Source of the DNA: Phoronis australis
Taxonomy: Eukaryota > Animalia > Phoronida
Length of the DNA: 64,000 nt
NCBI GenBank assembly: GCA_002633005.1
Contig: NMRA01000023.1
Span: 484,621-548,620, forward strand
Direction: 5' to 3'
In this document: positions 12,601 to 23,409 of the stretch, one piece after another
How the letters are laid out: each line of letters starts with the position of its first letter
How positions within the stretch are numbered: the first letter of the stretch is position 1
Notes under the pieces: generated by a model
The model's input: the letters and a program-made list of their open reading frames with translations, nothing else
What the model was told of the DNA's origin: nothing
Databases searched by the model: none
Position numbers and translations under genes: made by a program

Positions 12601-15600
12601 CATTGCAACATTTGAAATACATTGTATACTTCTTTCTGAGTTGAAAGGGCCAACTTCTCTCTTTGATTAACTTGGTAATCTTACAATGTGGGTGTCCAAA
12701 CTGGAGAAATTCTGATTGACAGGGCGTCCAAATGATACATTGGGCGTCCTTGCCAGGGCGTCTACATTAGTGCTAGGGCGTCCATTTGGACGCCCAGGAC
12801 GTACGCTGCATGAAGGCCTGATCCCAAGACTTGAGGTTGTGAAAATCAGACAAGTCTTGTGATTTCTGTTTAGTACTCGACATAAACAGTGTTTGCTATA
12901 CTTACATCTATAGAAACTGGCTTGCCTCGAGCGTGGACTTCAGCTAGAAAACGACAGATAAGGATATATCAATTAACTCTTGGCGGTGACAGAAGCATGC
13001 TACAAACAAAAAAGTTTTGTAAAATACTGGCAACAGGTCACAGGAGAGTACTCACGTTACGATCTACCATATTAAATTGATTGGAAGGCCAGACCTGAAT
13101 AACAGTCTGGTATTGACTATGTGTCAGAGGTTAAAAGTTAAATGGGAGAAAAGCACAAGCCAGACCGCTAACACATGAGTCCTCCTCAGCAGTAAAACAA
13201 CCCATACCCCCTGAATGTTACTGTCAAAACAATGTGATCTATAGATACATCCAGGATTATGACAGCATCAAATTTTCTGTTCCCCCAATTGTACAAGAAA
13301 CATCGCATCTAGAATTCATGACCAAACAAACACCCACATGCTTAACTGAGCCATGACGGTGCTAATAGTTAAATGCAACCAAGACTGGAAAAGCTTGTTT
13401 GACAATTGATTCCAAATTTTTAATAACCTAGCATCTTTACAGCAGGTAAATGTTCCTCTATAAAGCCGATTAATTAACATCGACCAAGACTAACTGTCAT
13501 TCCAAAACTGAGATTCATATTATTTTTCTTGTTTGACCCATAGTTGCCAGTAAAAGATATTTACGAGTGAACATTTTAGTGATGCAGTGAAAAAGTAAAT
13601 GACTTCACTTTTGCCTTAAGTGTGTAAGTATGACTTCACTTTTGTCTTGATTGTCTAAGTACAACTTCACTTTTGACTTGAGTGTGCAAGTACTTCACTT
13701 TTGTTTAAAGTGTTAAAGTATGACTTCACTCTTGTGTTAACAGACCTGTGTACCACCAAAACTCCATTGGAGTACTCTGAACACCAGATTTACAGATTTT
13801 TCAGTAAATCTGCAGATTTTCGCGTAGAGACCAAATTTACCCTAACATATGGGGGGGGGGGAGGGGGTTGGATCTTTCACTAACTAAAAAGAAAAGAAAA
13901 AAATAACGGGTTTGTTCAGCGTTCAGAGCTTTCGCCTCTTTAGTGGACTTTTGTCTTGTTTTGTCAGACTTTTGGTTTCTTTAAACCAATCACAAAAGTT
14001 TTGAACAATTATTCATTGCAAGTGACTGTGAACACGTACCACTGTACTGCATGCGAAAAGACCTCGAGGCTCGACTGTGCCTCGAGTATTATCGTCAGCT
14101 CAACATGCAATGAAGTCAGTGCAGTCACCATGTCCGCAAAAAAAAAAACAACTCGCCTTACAACTTGCAGTATAAATTCCACGGTCCCTTGAATAAGACA
14201 TTGTCATTCTTTGGAATAACGTGGCAAAAAAACATTCCCTTCTTTCAGAAGCTACTTTCTTCACAGCATGGAATATGCGACCACATGCTTTGCCATTTTG
14301 TCAAGAATACGTATTTAGCCGTAAATAGCCGGAATTAGACGAAGTAAGCAATCCAAAAATCACAGAAGTCGTTGCTTATTGGTTAGGCCTGCGACAAACA
14401 TACCGGTAGAAAAGGCCTCGCGATTCACCGATTACCAGGTTATTTCGAGAATGAAACGAAGCAAGTTTTCCGAGAGTGTAGCTCAACTTTTTGGCTAAAA
14501 TAATGATTTTACAATATTTTTTTTTTTAATTTTTAACTTTAAAATCTTCTTCCTCGTCCGTTTAAACTACAAATAGGCGTATTTCTTGAGAAACAAGCCA
14601 ATTAATAATCTCTCTTGAATTTGCTGAATTTGCGTGTTTTTGCCTGGCCGTGCATACTTGCATACTACTGGAGGCTTGATTTCCATACGAATCCGCTTTT
14701 TTGCGTATGGTTCACAGGTCTGTGTTAAGTGTCTAAGTATGACTTCACTTTTCTGTAAAGTGCCTCAAGTAAGATTTCACTTTTGTGTAAAGTGTCCAAG
14801 TATGGCCACCTTTCATGACCCAAAGCTAATCACTGCAAAGTGAAAAAATATGTATTTACATAATGACCAACAGTAAAGTGACAGGATTCATTAGACCCAC
14901 AAAATTAACTGCTTCTATATGACCCAGATTAAATTTCAGAAACAATAGAAGCAAAACCAACCTTCAATCAAATGAAACTAATTAAACAAAATCTAGAGCA
15001 AACTTTTCCACAAATCTTACACGCATTTCCGCATATTTAGGAGCGCTGCATCAGACATCCAATCTCCAAATTTCACGTTATTTTTGAGAATGCAACTCAA
15101 ATTATGTTAAACGGAAATTATTGACAGAAAACATGATTTTCAGAGATCAGCTTCAGCATGGAAACTCCCGCAGTCACAATCTAACACTCAACTGACACAG
15201 CTAAATACCACTAAAAATGGCAGAATATTTTAAGTGCATCGACTGGTATAGTCACTGGCCTGGATTTCCCCGTATTTCTGGCAGCCAATGGCAAGAATCA
15301 GCAATTTGTAACAAAATTACAAATACACTACAAATTTTGTTAGTTTACTTCTCTAGTCAAAACTTAGCCTAGAAACTTCAAAAATTCTATTCCATCCAAC
15401 AAAAATGAGTTTTTCTGCCATAAAACCGATAATGTCCCTTGAAAGTAACAAAAGTGTCTTTTGTGTTTGTACATTATGTTATAAGCAGATGAGAACATAA
15501 TTCAAGATGAACTTGAACAACACGGTACAACCTCAACATTTCAAGACAGTTCAAACTAAAATTTATACTAAAGTTCTAACTCAAGTTTTCAGCTTCAATA

Positions 15601-17530
15601 TTGGGACTATGAACTGCAAATTTGCATTATGATCTCATCTGCGTAAACTGCAAAATCATACTAAGGAAAAAATAAGTGACAAGTTCAAGTTTAGACTTGA
15701 TACAAGCCGTCAGTCAACTTACCTTTGTTATAATGATACTTGCTCAGAAAGCTTAACACCTGAATAAAGAAAATTTACAGTAAATTAAAATGACAACCAC
15801 ATCATCTAGCAAATAGGTGACATGACACTAGCTGTGACAGATAGGTACTCTATGTAATGACTGAAGTCAATAGACCAGTTTCAGGGAACAATCCCCCTGT
15901 TGGTCATAAGCATTTGCATGTCACTCCTAGATATTTTTAAAGGCCAACGCAACTGTGTTACTCGTCACTTTCCTCTTCACATGAATGTGACATAAACTTC
16001 CCAATGTCTTACTCTCTACGGCCCAGTCTAAACCTTCATTCTTGATTTGCTCAGTAGAGAATGCAGAACCAAGATGTGGCCACTTGGCGGGCAGTTTCAT
16101 GTCACGTGCCATTGCTTTATGGACAGTTTATATGCAGCAAGCGAACACTAATTAAGTGAAAACTGTCTCCACGATAACCAGGGACCTGTATGTTTCCTAA
16201 AGATAACATCGAATATGGTTGTATTACCCTTTAATGGCAACAGAAAAAGTTCTTATCATGATAATGACATTCTCAACACCATTCTGTAGGAAAGTCGTCT
16301 TAAGATGACTTTGTTTTTTGATAAAACTACACAAAAAGAAATGTATTCTTACACATAGATCCCAGGGCTTTTTTATTTACCTGAGATTTAGTCCTGGATG
16401 ACACACTGTCTGAGACCTTGTCGAGGTTCTTAACTCCATGTCTGAAACAACACTATAATGCTGCAGTCAAGCCATATTGTAAGGATGAAATTAATGACAG
16501 CTTTGAATTTACGGTTACACGAAATGTACAAGCCTGTGAATATTCACCGCTACTATCAAAGCCCTGAACTACAACATCATACAGCATTGACTAGATAGAT
16601 TTTGCAATTTCAACATAATCTCACATACTCATTGCAGTATAATTTATGTTGTAACATGAATTACAATCAATACCTTTCATAGAAAATAAAAATCAAAGTA
16701 AACGTGAGAACAGTAGACCACTACATAGTGTAGTACACAGAGTGACACCAGACGTCCGTTTCATGAAAAATGTGTCATGAGACTTTGTCAGAAATTTTGT
16801 CTTACGCTCCACACAAGGTCTCTGAAAACATGCCCATAATTCCTTGCTGCCCAGAAAATTTTCATAAATTAGGTGTAAACTGTGGTGTGGTCACAATTAT
16901 AAGGCAAAAAACTTCTTTCAGAGTCGACGCTTACTTTTTGTGCTAATCTCAACTTGCGAATGTGTATTCAGATGGAGCAATTCAAGGACTTTCTTACCTC
17001 AAGGTAGTTACACGAAAGAAAACCCTTCTGTGCTGAAGTCTTCCTACGTCTTTAGAACTGTTATAATGTCGAGAGTAATTTTGGCAATAGTATGGAAGTG
17101 CAATTACAAATAATGCAAGCAGGAATGCTGGCTGACTTTGTTGCCTGCTTACAGTCAGCAGACGTACATCGCGGAAGTAAAACCAGCTAACCCAGCAGAT
17201 GGCGCCAGTGAATAGTGATGCTGCAGCTTGTAAACAACATTACAGGTCTCGCGCACATAGAATATATAAGGTAGGCATTCTGAGTACTAACAGTTTATGA
17301 TCAAATAGACCCCCTGGCCTACAGAGCAGCCATGTTATTGCCAACCTTTTTAAAGCTTCTAGCAGTTGCTTCTTCTCATCCTTTGACCAAGCTTTACAGT
17401 ATCCTGAGGAGGCTAAGCTGGTCTTGGATATTTCGGCTTTCTTGCTAGGTTTCGAACGCCCTGGCCTCAGTGTCACACTTGTGCTGGGTATTTCAGATGT
17501 TTTTTCACTCGACTTCGTACGGCGTCCCAT
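6115..17530 (-). CDS. SNAPC2: snRNA-activating protein complex subunit 2 (SNAP45), spliced gene, ~353 aa
   Basis: Exons 17530-17346, 16441-16381, 15759-15723, 12943-12906, 11299-11228, 8762-8627 and 6647-6115 join in frame with GT-AG sites. Motifs match SNAPC2: WSKDEKKQLLEAL, PVSIDIWLEL, QVFTMIAYLEP, PNYENIYLFLASL, DSLVVLDVMRSL and terminal VNPLAVPVNLL. The start codon could lie in an upstream exon. Confidence 0.88.
7560..7960. repeat. Degenerate fragment related to the 8.9-10.6 kb element
   Basis: Recurring aaaatggccaatagggggtgccacag / aacagggggctacag and aaatcagtcaag motifs, ending in a gacagaca-like tract. Confidence 0.4.
8627..8762 (-). CDS. SNAPC2: SNAPC2 coding exon 6
   Basis: ttacag|VFTMIAYLEP...LLSPL|gtaagc, 136 nt. 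Confidence 0.88.
8859..10630 (+). mobile_element. Helentron-associated non-autonomous element (HINE/DINE-1/pearl-like) with an internal 450-bp tandem array
   Basis: Starts ACAAGAG. SubTIR atgcgcccaca (8883) pairs with tgtgggcgcat (10614). About three 450-bp repeats (gccactaggaggcgccacag at 9211, 9661, 10111), then a (GGAC)n microsatellite, a terminal hairpin at 10595-10624 and an A-run. Confidence 0.75.
11228..11299 (-). CDS. SNAPC2: SNAPC2 coding exon 5
   Basis: ttgcag|IWLELLHDLHRVTPGLDLSSGLEQ|gtatgt, 72 nt. Confidence 0.85.
11794..12820. mobile_element. Non-autonomous hAT-type DNA transposon, 8-bp TSD
   Basis: TIRs cagggcttcatcca / tgcatgaaggcctg. Perfect TSD atcccaag at 11786-93 and 12821-28. 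Subterminal gggcgtcc repeats. Confidence 0.85.
12906..12943 (-). CDS. SNAPC2: SNAPC2 coding exon 4 (38 nt)
   Basis: tttctag|AEVHARGKPVSID|gtaagt; supplies the required phase 1 to 0 link. Confidence 0.8.
13595..14805. repeat. ~29-30 bp minisatellite (aagtatgacttcacttttg...) split by a transposon insertion
   Basis: About 5 units at 13595-13740 and about 3 units at 14723-14805. Confidence 0.75.
13741..14722. mobile_element. Non-autonomous DNA transposon with CAG ends and 6-bp TSD (hAT6-like)
   Basis: TIRs cagacctgtgtacca / tggttcacaggtctg. TSD tgttaa at 13735-40 and 14723-28. Confidence 0.8.
15723..15759 (-). CDS. SNAPC2: SNAPC2 coding exon 3 (37 nt)
   Basis: attcag|VLSFLSKYHYNK|gtaagt. Confidence 0.8.
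16381..16441 (-). CDS. SNAPC2: SNAPC2 coding exon 2 (61 nt)
   Basis: tttcag|HGVKNLDKVSDSVSSRTKSQ|gtaaat; SANT-like helix. Confidence 0.82.
17346..17530 (-). CDS. SNAPC2: SNAPC2 first coding exon (exon extends to the acceptor at 17581)
   Basis: MGRRTK...WSKDEKKQLLEALK|gttggc. The tttcag acceptor at 17582-83 implies a further upstream exon. Confidence 0.8.
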
Positions 17531-17637
17531 TGTAAAGGTGTATTGAGGAGCTCGACTTCTATTAAGGATAACGTGAAACACCTGAAAATTTAGCAAAGCA
17601 TGAAAAACAGTTTTACATTATATCTTATAGATAATTA

Positions 17638-19166
17638 CCGTATTCGCCGTAATAACCACCCAGGGTGCTTATAAAAATTGTTTCAGGGGGGGGGGGTCGC
17701 TTATTATAACCGAAGGCCGTTGAAACCCGGTCTCCGAAACGGGTGAAATCGGAAGCTAAGATTTATCATATTTACACTCTGTGACGTATCTGTAATCTAT
17801 GAAAAGACTTTCTACAAAACCGTGGTGCATTGCTAACAAACTTTGCTGCTAAATTACGATCATTTTACAGAAAATTGTGCTGAAATCCCAGGGTGAAAAC
17901 TCGCCGATTGCCTGCCTCGCAATCGTCGGTATGGCGACTTGAATGCTTAAATAAAAATACAGTTTTGACTCGAGCAAATTACCTGAAATCCTCCTAAAGA
18001 TTTCCAAGTAGCGTCCCTAACATTTTTAAGTTCCCGTGGAGTCGGAATCACGGTAGGTTTAAGTACAAATCTGTGCTAGTACATCGAGCCATCTACATGT
18101 ATGATTGGCAACATGAAAAAAATGTCTGGACGAACACACATGTTGTTGTCACCTGACGTTTGTTTTGAAGTTGTCTGCGTTTGTGAGTAAGCGACCTCGT
18201 GCGTGTCACCAGAGTTCATTTGCCAGAGCAGATACCGTCTTTTGGCCAGAGCCACGCAATCTAAAGAGCTTGATGTGCATTGTATCTAAAGAAATTTCCA
18301 CAAGCAGTAGGCCTAAACCAGAGTGTGTTTCATTCAGCACTTGCCGGTCTCATGTCGCTAAAAACGTTCAACATTTGTCTCAGTAAGGCCATATTAGTCG
18401 CCGTGTGGCTGAATGCGACGTACGTGACTATCTGACAGTTATTTTTCGGTGTAAGGGTGTTTAAGCATTCACTGTCAGTGGTCATTTAATCGGATATTTG
18501 GCTTAAAAATACCAATTATGGTTAATCAAACAATTCATCTTAAAAATAACGCAAACATTTTTATAATTAGAAACTGTCGGAAATTAGTGCCAATATTCAT
18601 TTCTTGCCGATGCTATGCTACCCGTTTCATGAATGGATAGTTCCCAACTGATGTCTTTGATGACAGGTTCATGTATGTAGCGTGCGCTTCCTGGTCACTT
18701 ACTTTTAACACTGACCAAGCTTTTTATTAGTCTTCGATTTGCGGTTTTCACGTGTAGGCCTACAAAAAAATTTGGATTCCTGTTGAAAGCGGGAAATATC
18801 CACAAAGCAATCCCGTAGACAAGTATATTACTTCTGTTCTGAAAGGCCAGAGCATTGGTCCTCGCAATATCAGCAGAACTTTTGTGTACATTTTGAGGCA
18901 TGGCGGAAGTTCGAAGTGTATAGTCACGGCTAAATTCCGACATAGCGGCAAGGCTCGTGATCTACAAATTCTGCGCACAATGATTTTTTTCAGGACTGTC
19001 GTATATTATTGATTAATTGAAGACGTTACTGTAGAATTTTAGGACTGTAGGTAAGGCATTTTTCACACGTAAAGGTTCATGGACTGGGAGCTTATTTTAG
19101 CAAAGTCTGAAAACGCGTGGGGGGGGGCGCTTATAGGGGCATGGGCGGTTATTACGGCGAATACGG
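17638..19166. mobile_element. Non-autonomous Tc2/pogo-like (Tc1/mariner superfamily) DNA transposon
   Basis: TIRs ccgtattcgccgtaataacc / ggttattacggcgaatacgg, flanked by TA on both sides. Confidence 0.85.
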
Positions 19167-19499
19167 TATACTAAGATTAAGGCTCGAAATATGGCACATT
19201 TCACAGAAAAAATGGTCGTCTTTCGAACGTTTCATAATTTTTCAAAAAGAAAACATCATTGGCAAAATTTTGTACAAAAGTACCGATTTCAAATTGGCGT
19301 GACCTGTTTCAAGTTGAATATCAAGCACAACTTTCATATGAGACACCTACTTGAAATTTTCAAAATTACAAAATAAAGATGAGCACAACTTTAAATTGAT
19401 GGTCACAGTTTTTACAAAGCTCACCAATTACGGATTTGGTAATTGTGCCAAAACTGTTGCAAAAAGGATAATTGCAGGAGCATTTGTTCAAGCTGGGAA

Positions 19500-19800
19500 G
19501 TGTTGAAAACATCCACTACTTCCTAAGGTGTCCTTCTATGTCCGAAAAAATACATATAACATGACTTTGATGGTTTAATCAGTGGGAGACATCATCGAAA
19601 AGCTTGTTCTGACATATGGAGGACCTATGGAATGGCCAAAGTCTTTACCTATTGGCCAGTTTCTTTTTTCGCAGATTCTTCAATCAACTGTTCTTCTTCC
19701 ACGAGGTTGCGTAGATTTCACAACAAATTATCGGAACTGGTTTCACTTAGTTACAAGTTTTTAGAGTTTTGATACCAAAAAAGTGAATTTCAACAGACCA
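19500..19800. mobile_element. Transposon terminal-repeat fragment related to both neighbouring long-TIR elements
   Basis: 19500-19610 resembles 27260-27365, and 19647-19790 resembles 20231-20375. Confidence 0.7.
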
Positions 19801-19974
19801 CATTTGGCATTTGAGCGTAAGTTACATTCAGTTCTCAAGGTGATACGATGGGCTTTGGGCTCCTACTTACTACTAATTTTACCACTATAACACTGTTCAT
19901 ACAGCTAGCTGGCTGGCTAGGCAAGACCAAGTCCAAGCCTAATCCCATGCCATGGCCAAGGACAAGGTTAAGCG

Positions 19975-22900
19975 TAGCCTTGGTACAAAGCTGTTTACTA
20001 TTTATATACAGCTTTGCATTACTATTTATATACAGCTTTGCACAGATGTGGGTGAAAACGTGGTAAGATGAAATCTGACGCAAAATTAGTGTCATTAAAA
20101 ACTACAGTCTTCCTTGAGTAAACTAAATTATTTGACGGTGTTGGAGAAATTGGCGTTCTACCGATATTCTGATGCTAAAGTTGTGGAGCGATCTTAAGCG
20201 ACGGCTTTTGGCGCCATGAAATATTGCGTCACCTATTGGCCAGCTTCTTTTTTCGCCGATTCTTCAATCAACTATTCTTTTTTCACGAAGTTGTGTACAC
20301 GTCACAACAAATTAGTGGAACTGGTTTCATTTGGTTATAAGTTTTTAGAATTTTGATACCGAAAAAGCGAATTTCAGAAGAAATTTTGCTACTGAAAAGC
20401 TATCATCATCTCCCGAGAGATGTCGCAAAAATTTAGGATATGGCGCGTGACACCAGCGTACTGTTTTCAAAACGATGACATACTTTTCATTGTTAGAAAA
20501 GGTGGAGAGTTACGCAAGAAAATGACGTTTATTGCATTGTTTTTCACTTAAACGGCTGTAATGGGCAAGGTGAGTGTCGGTTGATTCCCAGATTTTGCAA
20601 GCATCCCGTCCGGACTTTAGCTTTACATGTTGATACAAGTTTCACGGCGAGGTGACGAGCAGAACTAACCTGGCCATGTGCAATTTCGGGGTCTACAGAA
20701 GAAATGCACACAGTGGTATCTAGCTGTATTTTGATGACAGTCTTCATACAGCTAGCATCGTTTTGAAAACAGTACGCTCGTGTCACGCGCACGCGTAATT
20801 TTTGTGACAACTTCGCAGCAGCAAAATTTGTTCTGAAAGTCGGTTTTTCGGTATCAAAATTCTAAAAACTTATAATGAAGTGAAACCAGTTCCAATAATT
20901 TGTTGTGACATGTACACAACAGGGCTCGACATAACGAGCTGCAGGTCGCATTTGCGACCTGAAATTTGGAAATGCGAGCTGAGATTTTTGTCAGCTCGTA
21001 TAAAGTCGCAAAATGCGACCTGGAATTTCCAACGAATGCGAGCTGAGTTTTTACACTTCTAAACAGATACCTGGCAAATACACAGCAGCTCTTGTTAATC
21101 CGACCGTTATTTGGTTGTTGCCAAATACAAGTTCAAAAGAACCCTAACCGAGAACATGCCTCGATCCCGATGACTTGTAAGCAAGTCGCGTGAACATGGG
21201 ATATGCAGAATCGATCTTTGACGCGTTTCATTGGCTAACACTTTCGGCCACTTTTGTAAATTCACGGATTCGCCGAAGAAAGTTCGGGCCACTGCTTACA
21301 CGTGATAAAACTTCACAAAACAATGGTGTTTCTATTAATTCTTAAGCGATCAACTTACCAAACTTTGTGGTGGACAAAAATGCTTATTTTTCACGTAAGA
21401 TGTCCTTATTACATGTACCAAATATCCACGACAATATCCCTGATATCGCACTGCGGCACCGTTAGCGCGCAAGCGGTCCCGGCAGACAATCGTGACTTAG
21501 ACTGAGATGTGCTTCTCCTTTTATCGTATTAAGACAACCAAAGTGAAAATGACAACCTTATTAATCGCCAAGCGACGGTCACGTCTTTACTTTCAGTTGC
21601 CAAGAAATTCTCAAACCCTTTATTTGTTTTAGGGGCTACGTGCGCGAAATATAATTTGTCTTTCACACGTTGTTGCCAACGTAAAGTGTAGGCCTACTCC
21701 AACAATTCAAGTGCGTGAACTCACGCGTGCGCACCACTTCAAAGAACAGCGACAGTCCTAAATGAAAGAGTATACCGGCTTGGCTCTGGTTTATTTGAAA
21801 ATGAACTCAGTTTCCCAGCGGTTATAAAATACCCGATGTCCCGGGACCGATATAACCCAGAACTAACGTTATCCTGTTCCGATGTTTCCCGAGGTCGATG
21901 TTCTGTAAACCCTGTATTCTATGCCCGTAGCCAGCTATTGCAACTAAACTGGCACTAGATTGTGGTTCAAGTTAGCGAACTTTTCATTCTTCTCTTTATA
22001 CACCCCCCGGCAACTTTTCGCTCCCCGAACCACCGTCGCCGTAAAATGTTCAGACTCCTATAGAAACAACCTTGTTCCGGCTGAAGCGGGCAGCTAAAAA
22101 ATCATTCCGGGTGGCTAAAAAGGGTACAATGTAGTTGGTAACGATATCCAGAAAGTCACCCCTACCAGATGGAGTTTGCCTCGCAAAATCGTATTATTAT
22201 AACGTTTTTTACCATTGCAGCGTTTTAATATCTTATTACCGCAAACACTTAGGTTAACGACTATACTCACGCACAAGCCTACTCCCTGCCTTTAAAGTGT
22301 TTCATAATAAGCGCTCACTGATCTATTAAAAGTCCCCCCTTAAATTTTGAGAATTTCCAATTAAGCGCCCACAGTTCAAGCTAGCGCCCATCATTGCGCA
22401 CTACAAACGACTGCGTGTGGTTTAAAATTGACACGCAGATTATATGGTGTGTGTCAGTTTCATTTTACACAACTTCAGTTTTCAAAAACGTCTTTTCACA
22501 ATATGTAAAAACCAAATCCCGGCTTTGTTTTATACCTCGGAAAGAAAGTTAACACTAGTGACGTGCGTGTCGTTTTGCGACTGACCTATTTTTCCCGTAC
22601 TTGGAAGGTATTGAAGAGCAAACTCGCGATTACCCGAGTTAGTTTGAATCGTTAACGACTTTGATGACGGCCAGTAGCAGACCAGATCTAACAAAATCCC
22701 GGATACTTTTTCAACGGGCATTTTCTCCCTTTTCACATTGCAAATTTAGCTACTCGAATGCACAAGTCAGTTAGAGAGCACTGATTCAACTTTCACGCCG
22801 GCAACTTGCCTTGCGCTCTAAAGACTTTCAATGGCGGTCGTGAAGAACAGTAAGGCCGTACCTGCATGAATGAAGTCAATTTTGAGATCCGAAATTTGTG

Positions 22901-23401
22901 AGTATTTAACGCTGCAGGTAAGAGCATAATCTAAACATTTTCTCGATGATCTAAACAATCTATTATGGCGCGTAAAAATGGCGGGAAAATTTTGCGACCT
23001 GGCATTTACGAATGCGAGCTGGATTTTGAAAATGCGACCTGGGATTTTGGCTAGGTCGCAAAATGCGACCTGGCGATTTTAATAGCGTCGAGCCCTGCAC
23101 AACCTCGTGAAAGAACAGCAGTTGATTGAAGAATCAGCGAAAAAAGAAACTGGCTAATAGGTGACGCAACACTTCATGGTGCCGAAAGCCTTCGCTAAAG
23201 ATCGCTCCACAACATGAGCAGTAGAATAACGGTAGAATGCCAATTTTTCCAACACTGTTAAATAATTTAGTTTACTCAAGGAAGACTGTAGTATTCAATG
23301 ACACTAATTCTGTGTCTGATTTTATCTAACCACTTTTTTACCCACATCGGTGCAAAGCTGTATATTTAGTAGACAGCTTTAGCTTAGCCAAGGCAAGGCT
23401 A
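19975..23401. mobile_element. Foldback / long-TIR (~420 bp) non-autonomous element; right arm interrupted by a second transposon
   Basis: 19975-20400 is a diverged reverse complement of 20810-20919 plus 23103-23401. No clear TSD. Confidence 0.8.
20920..23097. mobile_element. Non-autonomous DNA transposon with CAG ends and 5-bp TSD (hAT5-like), nested
   Basis: TIRs cagggctcgac / gtcgagccctg. TSD cacaa at 20915-19 and 23098-102. Subterminal tgcgacctg/tgcgagctg repeats at both ends. Confidence 0.85.
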
Positions 23402-23409
23402 ATAACAGC

